A DNA stretch of 64,000 bases. Source: Iphione sp. A-MEVVRFRX5. Lineage: Eukaryota. The stretch lies in contig OZ320319.1 of the NCBI GenBank assembly GCA_976226885.1, forward strand, positions 19,282,001-19,346,000, written 5' to 3'. The translations under genes and the position numbers were made by a program. The notes under the pieces were generated by a model that was given only the letters and a program-made list of their open reading frames with translations, did no database searches and had not been told where the DNA came from. Of this stretch, positions 25,716 to 38,200 are shown piece after piece. How positions within the stretch are numbered: position 1 is the first letter of the stretch; each line of letters opens with the position of its first letter.

Positions 25716-28050
25716 AGGAATGAATCAAGAACTGGACGAGAAGAAGGTTGTAATGGAGATGAAGAAATTGACAGAATTCCATTAAGTTCAACTGGAAAGT
25801 GTCATGTAAAATTTGGCCAATTGTCTAATGAAGGTTGGTGAGACGGAATTACACTTGTTAAGTGTAAGTTGGTTTTTACTATGTAGTTTTAGTTGCTTTT
25901 AAAAGTGAAACAAGGGATAAGGACTTCAGTAAATGAAAATGAGTACGAAGAGCTGTGGAAGCAAGACAAGGACGCGGTATTGGATTAGTATAGTTTTGGG
26001 AGAAGAAGGTACTAATCAAAGAAGCATTGGTACTGAGCAGTGAGGAACCTGAACAATACAAAGGAATTCATTCAATGGTCAACAAGACTAACCTTGAGTT
26101 GCAATAAGTGTGGCGGTGACTTATGTTATTGGCGGAAACATTAGATAGTTATTTACATAATTGGTGAAAGAAATAGAGGCACATGTGTTGGTATTTGACC
26201 GAATGATTGCGGAAAACATTATGGATTTGAATTCAAAGAAGTTTTTAAAGTTTAATTTAGAGGCAAGGTTTGTAACTTAGGTGGGTAGGTTAATTGTTTG
26301 TAGTTAATGCGATAAATACACAATGTTTGGTGTCGATTTCTGATGACCTTGGTAGAAGTACAGGTGGATACAATAGGTAAGTTTGGTAAGTAATAAGGAA
26401 GAAAAGTCAATGTTTTTGTACGCAGAGAAGAATGTATGGATGAGGTTGGTTCTTGAAGAAGTAGACGGAAAGAGGAATAGTTTAGGTGCTAGATTCTTTG
26501 CAAAGAAGAACTGGTGAAAAAATATGCTGCACAAAACAGTTTACAAGGTTATAGAGTCTGTGTCGAGTGTAGTCTGAAGTGGCTGAAGGAAGGTAGCAGT
26601 ATAAGTTTACGATAAGTACTTTTCACACGTTCTCAATGGAAGAATCGAAGTAAATGGATTGAGTGTTCTGGTGCAGGGAGAACACTTCTGAAATGAAATA
26701 CGTGTTAGTTAAGAGTATAAAGTCGAACTCGGTAAGACATAATGTTCGAGACGTGAGAGTGTGATAACAAGACAAGAGGTACAGAGTATTTACTAAAACT
26801 ATACCTAATGTGACAATAATGTGTGTTGTGAAATAATACTAATCTGGAAAGGAGTCAGGTTTAAATCAATTCACTTAGTTGGGATGAAAAGTGTGTGTTC
26901 ATTTCAGTGTCCGTAAAGTAGTCATGGCTCTGACATGATCTTACACATGAAGGTCCACAGAATATACAGTGCTACGTGAAGTAATTTACCAAAGACGTTT
27001 TGGGTTTCTGAAGGAGTTACGGCGGAAAGATGGTTGTAGTCTTGGGGTTGATGTCTTGTCGGGCGCGGAGCAGATGTTTTAGTCAGTAGAATCGTCCGGA
27101 CATGTGACGCGTAGGTAAGTATGGCCGAAGTGCATCTCAGAGTGTCAGGTGCCTGAGATTGGTATTAACCATACTTGGTACAGAAGGCCAGAAGTTAATG
27201 ACGAAACCGGTGTAGAGTGTTGAAGTTATTATGAGGTGTTTCGTTGTCTCGGTGTTCTGTAAAGAAAAATGTGTGTTTTAGGTTGTTGGCGCTTTCAGTA
27301 GAGTAGTGTTAAAATTTCATGAATGGTCAATGAGTTATTGTAGTCGGTATAGTGTATACAAAAGTTGGTAAGTGAAAAATGTATCAGTAAAATAGTCGGT
27401 AAACACAATGTTCTGTGACAACTTTACCAATGTGGAAAACAAGAGAGTGTGCCTATAACTTACCTGAAGTCGTTGTTGAGTTGGAAAAAGGTTACTACAT
27501 GTAATCTTGTGATGGTGTCCGGGGCGATGTGTTGTCCGTGAATGTCTGTAGGAGAAAAGTTGTTGTTAACGATGGTTCCATTTCTGCGTAATTTATGATG
27601 GATAAGTGGAAGTGTACGTAGATTAGGGAGGCAAGCAAAGGACAAGTGTGTAGTTGGTTTTTACATTTAAGGTGTTTGGTGGTGGTAGTGAGTCCCGGCG
27701 GGGTTTGGGATGTAGCATTAATTATTAATTCAATTTGTTTCGTTCATCAGGCATGGATAGTTACAGTGGCAAATGCAGAATATCGGTGCTAGTGTTCATA
27801 TGTGCAACATTTAAACTAGATTAATATGGTATGTTACATCTTGCATAATTTACTGAACTAATGATGTAGATTGAGGATATAACTATATAGTTCAACAATA
27901 GGTTTCATGATGATAGTAACATTGGTAAAAATTAGCTTACAGCTGATTGTTCATATAGTGTTAGTTAGAAGTGGTTGGATTGCCGATTTCAATAATCTAT
28001 GACAACATTGTTAGGGAAGATGTGGTATGTAACGGGACACTAGTAAGTAG

Positions 28051-28515
28051 GATTCCTGGTCAACTGGGCCCGTAAGTCAATTGGGCCCGTCAATTGGGCC
28101 CGTAAGTGATTCGGTCCACCAGGGGACTTGTGCCAGATATACAGGTTCAATTCCTTCTCATGTCAGTTGACATTTTTTCCAGTCACGATTCTTTACAAAA
28201 AAGGGGGGGGGGTGCGGGGGGTCTCCCTCCACCCTTTTCAGTCAAGATCCTTTACAGAAATAAGGGGGGTGTGGGGGGTCTCACATATAGACATATATTA
28301 CCAACAGAATGCACTAGATGGAGTTTGAACATTGTGGCCGCCGCCGCCGACTACGGGCCGGTAGTGCGACAACACAGTGGTTGTTGCCGCGGCCGTTACC
28401 ACCGCCCATTACGGGCCGGCAGTGCGACACTCTCGCCGCCGCCGCCACCACCACCGCCGACTAGGGGCTTAGTTGACGGGTTCAATTGACTTACGGGCCC
28501 AGTTGACCGGTTACC
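28051..28515. mobile_element. 465-bp MITE with 8-bp TSD, possibly Merlin-type
   Basis: TIR core GGTCAACTGGGCCCGTAAGTCAATTG. TSD GTAAGTAG at 28043-50 and 28516-23. The right end reads GGTAA on the reverse strand, as Merlin ends do; the left 7 nt are diverged. Confidence 0.8.
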
Positions 28516-29550
28516 GTAAGTAGTGTGTGTACAAAAGAGGACTCAATTGACAGGGTTTAATCATATATATGCGTATTTGTAGTTTGTATAGGTCAACGTA
28601 AAAATTGTAGTTGCAATTTAGAAGTTGAAAAACTGGGTTGGAAAAAGTAGACCATGGTGAAATTTCTGAAGGCGGAAGTTGTAAGTAGCGTAGGTTAGGT
28701 TGTATTTTGCAAGTGTTAATAGTGAATGTCAAGTGTACATGTTTGGCACTTACCGGAGTTAAGGCGTTTTTATGGTGGATGTTGAGATAGCCGATGTCCT
28801 TATAGTTGTCTATTAGGTATGTATGGTCAACCGCTGAGTTGACAGCTGTAGGGTTTAAACAAAGTGCACAGATATGTAAGTTTGTTGGAACAGGAAGTTG
28901 AAAAGTTGATAAAATGTTCTATAACAAATGGTGTACGGAAGTTTAAAAGTGGCAGTGAAAGTGTCCATCGGGCGGATTGTTTGGCCAAGTTTCTTAACAG
29001 GGTAGTATATGTGTGGAAGAAACTTACAAAGCGTAGCGTTAGTGAAGTGATGAGTATTGTAGAACCAATTCAGTTGAGGTTTAAGTTGACTGAGTATCTA
29101 CAGGTCAGTGCTACGTGTCAGGTGAGTGGTTGTAATTCCGGGAAAAAAAGTGGTCAATTGTGTAATTATAAGTGTGTTCGGTTCATGGACAAATTACACT
29201 TATGATGTCTAGTTGTTTATATGGTTAAAGTATAGGCTCTATATGTACAAATCGGTAAGGGATAACATGTTACTGAAAAGTAGTGTAGAAATTTATGTTG
29301 TTATTTACATTGCGGTTTTACCTTGAAACATAGAGCAGTGATATTCCAAAAGATTTACATTACTTAATTATGAGGACCAGGAAGATTGTCATACACATAT
29401 GATGTTTTTTCCATGCTTTACAGTTAGGTAACGTGTTATATAGGTAGTGTAAAGGTTCTATCAGAACAACATGTACGTTGTTATTGTTTTTGCATATGTT
29501 CGGAATGTAGTCATGGTTTGTAGAGTTTGTATTGTGCGACAAGTGTGTTA

Positions 29551-29770
29551 CAGGGGGGGTCAGGGGGGCTCAATAACGTTTCACCAAGAATTCAGATGAG
29601 CCGAGTGCTTAAAGAAAGGTCAGATAATGCTTCACCATGAAATAATTCCCTGATAATGCTTCACTAGTATTTGCTCAATCACGTTTCACCACAATTGAGA
29701 AGGGCAAATAACGTTTAGCGCTGAACTAAAATCATCAATAACGTTTCACCAAAATAGTTGACACCCCCTG
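29551..29770. mobile_element. 220-bp hAT-type MITE
   Basis: Ends CAGGGGGGGTC / GACACCCCCTG and internal aataacgtttcacca repeats. Flanks share gtgtgtt, but there is no perfect 8-bp TSD. Confidence 0.7.
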
Positions 29771-29897
29771 TGTGTGTTCTTATTGTATAATGTGAGCGTA
29801 ACTGACTAGTATTCAAGTTGGTGTATTAAAATGAAGTTTCCGTCAATCTTATGATGGTGGTCGTATAGTGTGTCGAGTTGTTGTACGTACACGAATT

Positions 29898-30148
29898 ACT
29901 TACTTGTTAATTTGTTGCGACAGCGTGATAGTGAGTGAGGCGGTGACGTCTTCTCACAGCGGTCTGAAGTTATCGTTCGAGTGTAGGCTTGTAGCAAATG
30001 AAGCGATGGTGGCTGTCGGAAACGAAGTGTTGTGGGTGGTATGGATGCGCTAGGTATTTATAGTAAAAGATATGCGGATGTAGGCAGGTCTTGCGGATAT
30101 GCAAATGAGTGGACTGGTTTGTCACGTGCGGGCATAGGTCGTGATTGG
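29898..30148 (-). promoter_or_regulatory. Compact Pol II promoter and first (non-coding?) exon
   Basis: On the - strand: CCAAT (30148-44), E-box CACGTG (30123-28), octamer ATTTGCAT (30106-30099), TATAAATA (30062-55), then donor AA|GTAAGT at 29903. Confidence 0.6.
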
Positions 30149-32084
30149 TGTATCTGCACGGTGGTATCGAGCGGTTGCCTTTGTTATTTGAGGTAGCGGT
30201 TGTAGCTATACCGTGTTGATGGAAGAGTAGGCGGCAGGAAGGGCGCGGCCTGGGGACATCACGGTACCGTCAGAAACATTGCGCAACAGGTCCCTAGCGA
30301 TAAGGCGGGCGAATTGATAAAGCCGGCGGTCGTTAAACTGTCAGTGATAGCAGTCGTTGTTTAAAGCGTTGACTGAAGTTTTATTACACTACCTATATAA
30401 AACGTTGCCCAAAAGTAGTTCCGCTATGGGAGCTGATATATGTGGCACTTCCTCTACACAGTGTGGTGTATCTCTACTGTTCATGATCATTGAAGCATGA
30501 TCTAGTGTTGTAAAATGCTATCTCTATCTCTAAAGCTATGCTTAAGACGTTTGTTGGATATAAAATCGAGTCTGTCGCAATAAGTTGCATAATATGGCGT
30601 GCAGTTGGGTTTAGGTCAGTGATAGCAGTAGCTTGTCGAAGTGTTAGGAAGAACATGTTTTGTTGATAGAAGGCAGTGACGTCGCGTCGCTGGTAAGAAC
30701 TACAATGTGTTAGGAATAGGCGTTGTAAGTGTAATTCAAATGGGATAGTGGTGGTTGACGTTGAAGTGAGCGACATAGGTTGCTGATAAGAAGGATGTGT
30801 GGTTTTGTGATGTTGTTTCGGAAGGGTTCTGGCGTTAGATAATCAAAAGCGTTGTGTAATTAATAGGTGGCGATATTGGTATTGAAAAGTGACTATCAGT
30901 GAAAGACGGTGGTGTGTCTAGTCCATGGCGCCGAGGTACTTGATTAATCACGCGGTTGTAGATTAAGTGCAAGTTACTAGTTGGTTGTTGCAAAGATTTA
31001 AGTTTATGCAAATGGTGGATACGGGTAAATGCGTCGTTAAACTTATTTCCTGGTATTGATTTAGTATTGTTTGAAGTTGAGTGACATATAGGGTCAGCAA
31101 AAGTTCGGTTTAAGTGAAATAATTGCAAGAAAAAGTGTGATAGGAAGAATAACGTTCTCGTTAAAGTGCGCTGGTTAGTGTGGTTGTGTGTAAGTGTAGA
31201 TAAAAATGGAGCAGTTTTGGAAAAAAAGTGAATACAACATCTTTGTGTGCTTCTTAGGTATTGTCGAAAACAGGACTTAAGTGCAAATGCGTAAAGCAAT
31301 TAATAGTAATTAACATGGGGATATTTAAAAGTAGATCTATATGAGTCGTGAATGAGATGTGCATAATTATGGTGGGGTACATTGGGTGACAGAAGAAATG
31401 TTTGCACATATATTGTTATTTGTAGTTTTCGTATTTAAGTTCACTATAAGTAGAATGGTTAAATTGACTTTAACTTTAAACATTAATATACAAAGTGATA
31501 CATATAAAAAGATAATGAGCATTGTAGTATCACATAAGTGAAAAGTCAGTTTTCACCATCTGTTTGTTTGTTTAGTGTGTCGGGTTCACTATATCATTTA
31601 TCTATTTGTTGTTTTCTGAACAATAAGCAGTAGAGGAGTTTTATTGATACTCTTATTCGATTGCGTTGGAGAACCAGGATAGTGGGTGGGCTTTATGTTC
31701 TTTTTTTTTCTGTTATTTTGTTTTGTAGCATTTAGCAGTAGAGGAGTTACTCATATCTCTGATTCGTAGTGGCGGAAAATTAGGACATCTTTAATGTCTA
31801 ATGCCAGGTTATAACAAAAATCAATAGTCTATTGTACGTTCCGCAACTAGTAGCAGAACTAGATAGTTTATATAGTTTAACATCAATACTAGTGGCAGTA
31901 AGAACAACATGACAAGTGATTTCTGGAAACATTTTATTGAACTGAAGGTGGCATGACGTAAGTTTAGGTTTAACTGGTTGCGTTAATTAGTTTTGTTCAT
32001 GCGACGTTAAAAACAACAGTATTTAAAAGTTTATTGTCGTTGAAGAACATATTGTTAAAGTAGATTATTGTCTTTCGAACATTT

Positions 32085-32377
32085 TTATTCAGTTTGCGAA
32101 CAAATGATCGTATTAATGTGGGTATCGACAACGCTTTGATGGCGAACTAGAGCCTCAAATTGCAAGTGGAAGTTTCCGAAAGACTGTTTTGTCATGCTTT
32201 GGTCATGTTGCAAGCTTCTTATTGCGTGACGACAGTGTACGATTTCATCATTTGCCTGGTGTAGTTGCTGTTGGAGTAACTTGTTTTCACTCTGTAGATT
32301 CAATGTGATCGTTCGAAGATAGCTGAGTTCTGCTAGTACATTCTGGATTGCGTCAGCCGGGATCGGAACTGGTTGAA
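32085..32377 (-). CDS. Terminal exon of coiled-coil cargo gene X (paralog of 53735-54054)
   Basis: tttacttccag|TT phase 1 acceptor. LRTITLNLQSENKLLQQQLHQANDE...AIRSL...TKQSFGN aligns ungapped with gene Y at 20/49 identities. Confidence 0.7.
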
Positions 32378-35217
32378 CTGGAAGTAAAGTGCAAAATTAG
32401 TTTGAGGTTGTAGAATGGCGTTCATTTATTGCGGTAGGCACTAGAACAATATGAGGAGTATTATTGGTTATTTGTATAGTTATGAAGTGTTTGTGAAGAC
32501 ATGGTAGCATGTCAGGTCGACTGTGTTCGCATCAGGTTGCGTCCAAGTATCTGAGGAAGAGGATGACTTATTGAACATTTTTTTTTAGTTAATATTAAAA
32601 TTAAACAACTGTGGTTTGGTATGAGTCATGGTAGGTAGAGAGAGAGACTAAGGGAGTCATCAGAGTGGTATTGTGGTTAAGGTTGCTTGTTTTGGGGTCC
32701 TCTGTTGATGATGCGCCAATTGTGTTATCTATAGGCTGACTTAGTATCAAAACAGAAATATATGAATATAATTTGGTAACTACTCCGGTGGGACATGTCG
32801 TAGTTTACTGACAACGTGGTAGGTGTGGAAGGTCCGTACATTTGGGTATATACATGGGTATAACTTAGGCAACTGCTTCGGCGGGATATGCTGTATCTTA
32901 CTTTTAGCGGTGCGGGTGTAGATGGTTCTCACACGCGGGGTATAGTGCTTTAGGTTTAGGGGATAGTAGCAGCAGGCATTCTTGGGGATAGGAAGGAGGT
33001 GAGGCCGGGAAACATGTGAAGGACGGAAATAATTGGGCGCAAATTGTTTTGGTTGGAGGTGTTGTATATTCTAAGGTAATACTGTAGCATAGGGTCTTCT
33101 GAACCAACAAAAGTTAATAGGTGGATAGAGTTTAGTGGAGTGCTATGAGGACACAGTTGTAATAATAAAGACTAAGACTGATATATGTTTAGAAATCTAA
33201 AGAAGTTTCCTTTAAAGATTGCTATAGTGTTCATACTTACAAGTAGTAATAGTTTGTGGGTCCTGACTGGTGGGCAGTAGAGGCACATCGTTTGTAGTCC
33301 AAGTGGCTGAAAGAGAATTAAATCAACAAAGATATAGTCCGAGATGAAACATTACGTATAAGTGGAATACATTGGAAATATGGAAGAAGTAATCACATAC
33401 GAGTTGAATGTATGGTTTATATAAAGTGAGTATTGTTTGCTGGTAAGAATATCTTCACTGGTTGTACGTGTGTTCGTTGTGTTCTGTCTAAGTGTGTAAG
33501 GCGATATGTGTGAAGACTACGGCGTTGTAGCGGCTGATGCGAACCGCATTGAAAATATTGGACGATGTGTTTATATGAGTGTAGTTTGGAAGTTCGCAGA
33601 AATAGTACTTGGAACATTGTATACTGTGTAGTTTGCGGGTAATTAGTACATACCTGTGTCTTTGGTAAGTATCTGTTTAGGTTTCCATACAACTCGTCGG
33701 ATGTCCATATTAGTATAGAAGCCAAGGTGATAAACTGTTAATGGCTTATTGTAAGATTCTTGTATACGACTGTGGTAGTAAATAGTACAATTAGTATGTG
33801 GTAGCGGTACTCGGCGAGAAATGCTGCGAACAAGTAAGTAGAGAGTGGTAGGCGTGGTCCAAACGACCAGAGCGGAACAGTACCGTGTGCAAAGATGTTC
33901 GTGAACTGTGATTGGTTCAAAACTGACCAATCACATAAACGATATGTAAGAGCGTAGTGTGATGACTGAAAACTTAAAAGAGGGTGGGAATATATCTGTT
34001 TTTAACTATATAAGTTTTGTGTTTTAATAATTCAAACATTATGTATAAGAATGGAAAGAGTGTGTGTGTAGTTGAATATTTTTTAGAGTGAATCGGTGTG
34101 AATTTATCAACTATTTATAAGTATGGTTAAAGTATAAGTTTAATTGCAAAATTTTAGGGTTTCGCTGTCAAACGTAACTGTTTTAATAGAAATAGTTTAT
34201 TATTTTCGTGTTTAATATTTAGTGTTACTGTGCACTATTCTTAAAAGGAATGCTAATAGTTTGAATGAGGAAAACCTGAACGCTAATAAAGCAATTAGAA
34301 GAAGTAAAAGGCAAATTAAGCATTGGTGGAAGCGTATACGAATTTAGTCAATAAACTGTTATAGAAGATTTTGTAGACTTGTTTGTTAATATGGTATTAG
34401 TTTTTATCATTTTTAACGAAGTATGTGGGTATTGGAATAAGAAAAATAGTTTTTAAATGTTTTTCAAAAGATGGTAGGGATTGGTTCCGGTCGGTTTGGG
34501 TTTGTGGATTCTTAGCCGCTTTTAAGTTTATGTTTTTATTTGTGCGTTGTACGCTGTGTCGGTTTTTACAGTGTAAGATTTCCGTGACAGATAGTAGAGT
34601 ACTTTGATGTTCTGGTCTTTTTACTTTATGGCGTTGTGGTCGGTATGACACATAGGGGGATGTTTCTACAACAACAAGAGAGTTTGTATTGATGAACATT
34701 TTTTGTGTCGGCAACTGAAGATTAGACAAGTAGGTTTTATATAAAAAGGGTGGGTGTTAGCACAGAGTCCGCATTGTTCATGGTGGCAGCCGAGGTCGGT
34801 AGTGTTCGTGTTATAGTTGGTTGGGTTTGTGGAGAGCAATTCAGAAAGAAGAGGATAGGTGTGTAATGTGAAGGAGGTTAATATTACTGCGACGTCAAAA
34901 GTTGATATTGTTGTGTACGCGTTGTATTTAAATAAGTATAGTTTGGGGTTATGACAGAGTAAAACCACATGTTGTGAAACAATTTTATGTGAAAAGGTTG
35001 GTTGTTCGCAAGTTTATTAGTTTATTGTTGATTTGTAAATGTAGGCTTTTTTCAATCAAAGACTGTGTTGGTGTGCTATCAGTGAGACGATAACCAAATA
35101 ATAGGACGGATAAAAATATAGAGAAAAGTTATTGTTCTTTTATGTGGTATAATGGGAAAGTATTAAGTTTTTGACATTGAATATAAAGTGTTGAAAAAAG
35201 AACAGCTGTACTTTACA

Positions 35218-38200
35218 ATGAAAGTTTTACAAGGTTCTCGGAGTCAAAATAGTAGTGTATATAATCACAGTGGTCGTGGCAATCAATGTACCGCTATTGC
35301 TGCCGGCTGTTTGTTGTATGTGTTCGTTTTTTGTAATGGCATTGTAAATAGTAGACATGTAGACGATGTCCTCGACTTTGGCGACTTTCTGTATACACAA
35401 ATTCGCCGGAGAGTAACTGCTTTGCAATTGACTCCTTGTGAGTTGCCACAATTATTGATTGTAAATAGTAGAAAGATTTTTTTTGATGTGGTGAAATGTT
35501 TTGTTGGTGTACACATACCAAAAGGCGATTCCATATATTTTGCGTTTGTGAAAGCATTCTCGATTAGTCCGTTCTGTATATTTGTTGCACAGCATTTGTC
35601 TATTGCAGTATATTGCAGAACTGGCGTTTACTATATGTTTGATTCTCATGCGCGTTCTAAAAAAGGTTTCCCGTCGGCAGAAGGTACAGCTGTTCACATA
35701 TGTTTTGAAGATTTTTATGAACTTATTGGTCATATAGAAAAGTTATATTATAGTTCACAACAATTCCAGTATGAAATTTCTGTGGTGCATATGGTCCAAA
35801 ATGGATTGTCTGATACGTTCTGTGAAATATTTGTAGATATAAATTCTATTTATCCCAACCGGTTCATTGCTATGGAAGTGATAGAGAATTTGAGGTGTTT
35901 GGTAGGTAAGGATATGTTTCATACAACAGAAAAGTCATGTAGATCTAATGTAAGTGAATCGGTACAAGGAAACAGGTTAACGGATCGGAACGGTAATATT
36001 TCTGGCTTTATCAAAACAACTGGCATTTCTCAGACGTTTAGTAAGACTAAATCCGATCAGAAGAAAAGCAGAAATGGAAGTGCTCGTGTAAAAGAATTTG
36101 TCCAAAAGAGTAGTAACAGTCAAGAAAAAACGGGGCTACAATCTGAAAGGAAGAACACGTGTAGTACAACTAGAAGTGTCAAGAAAAGTAAGTCTCTGAA
36201 AGAACCGAACTGCAGAAGTGTGTTGATAAACAGTGATGGTATGCTTGTACCTAACTTAGTAGCGTTACAACATACCAAAGGTAGAAAAAAGGCTGTTTGT
36301 GGTAAAACTAAAGTGGTCAATGATAAATCCGACATTTTAAATCAAATAATTGGAAACTGTAGTAGTGAAAAGAGTAGGAAGCAGAAGCGGTCTATCAGGG
36401 TAGTTAATTCACAGAATGCAAAAGTTCGCAAGAAAACAAATGGTAATGTTGTTTCTTCTGATACAGATTCAACCGCAAATGAGTTAGACAAGTGTATCAA
36501 GAGTTTTTTTCTTAACATTGAAGAAGGGCCACATTATTGTTGTTGCATGTGTAGCCAGGTGTGGTTTATTCATAGTGTTCGGGAAGTCACTTCAGAAATT
36601 TACTATCATATTCAACATGTAGTAGGTGGTAAGTCTCAAAATGAATGCAAATATATTTGTCAAACATGTTCCAAAGCGATTAGTGACCGTCGTTTACCTC
36701 GTATCTGTTACATGAACGGATTTATATTGCCGACTGTTCCCCATGAGTTACAAATTACTGTCGATGAAGCACGTCTTGTAGCTCGGCGTCTCGCATTTAT
36801 GCAAATACGTTATTTACCCCGTGGTTTTCAATACAGTTTGAAGGGACCTGTTGTAAATGTTTTGGCACGTGTAGAGGATACTGTTGTTCAGTTGCCGAGG
36901 TACATAAATACGGCAGGTACTACATGTGTTCGGTTGAAGAGAAAACTTTCAAACAAGCATGCATACAGGCAATTCAATGTGCGCCCTGTTAATGTGTTGA
37001 AGGCTCTAGAGTGGTTAGTGAAGAATAGTCCTTTGTATAAAGAAGATAATGTTATCATTGATTACGATTGGTTAACGCAAACAGTTAATGCATTGATGAA
37101 CGATGGACCAAGTTTGACAGCTGAATCTGTAGATGAAGCAGCCAATGAGCGTTGTTACAGCGAAAGTTGTAATACTAAGGAACTTGACAATGATGATAGC
37201 GATAGTGATGAAGATAACTTCTCTGAAGTTGATGTCACTGAGAAGGATTTGCAAATGCAAAGTCTTCTAGATGCTCATACTGGGGACTTGTTTTTCGATA
37301 TTGCTCCGGGTGAATACAATATGCCATTGAGTTTAATTTATGACGCAAATGGAGAGTATATGGCTTATCCTCATTTGTATGGTGGAATTAATCCGTATGT
37401 GAATTGTTCGATCCGTTATTCTGATGTGTGTAAATTTGAATTGCGAAATGTTGATAGACGTATCGCAACAAATTTGGAAAATATTTTCTTCAAATATAAA
37501 AAATATCAGAGTCTTTTGATTAAGGCAGTATCGCGTTTTGCACTTCGTCGTAGTAGAAATGTAGGTCATTATTCCAAGATTGATGTGGCAACACGCGAAA
37601 GCAGAGAGAGGCTTCGAACATCTGATGAAGGGTTTTATATGTATAACAGGTTGAGGAATACTCCACAATATTTTGAGCGAGCACAAAGTAATGTTATGGC
37701 TATGATTAGACAACTTGGGTTTCCTACGTGGTTTATGTCTTTGTCTGCTGCTGATCTGTACTGGATACCATTGCTGCGAACACTTGGTCTTTTGATAGAT
37801 AATGTTTTGTATACAGATGAGGAAATAGAAGAATTTTCATGGACTAAGAGGGCTCAGTTAGTTAGTAGTGATCCGGTAACTTGTGCCAGATATTTTGATT
37901 TTCGCTTTGATAAGTTTTTGAGAGGAGTTTTAGAGAGTAAGGCAAATCCCATAGGTGAAGTGGAAGATTATTTCTACCGAGTGGAGTTTCAACATCGTGG
38001 AAGTCCTCATGTTCACATGTTAGTTTGGTGCAAGAATAATCCTCGGTATAGCACAGATAAGCAGAATAGTGTTGAAGTTGCTGAATATATTGATAAGTTT
38101 GTGAGTTGTTCAAGTTCTGTGGAGGACAGCAACAAGAAATTTATCGATCTACAGACGCATAAACATTCTCGAACATGTAGAAAACGTGGCCAGGCTATTT

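Noticed and set aside
14300-35000. Many 60-155 aa minus-strand ORFs in the left arm
   Set aside because: The - strand is A/C-rich and T-poor, so stops are rare by chance. Only gene X has independent support.
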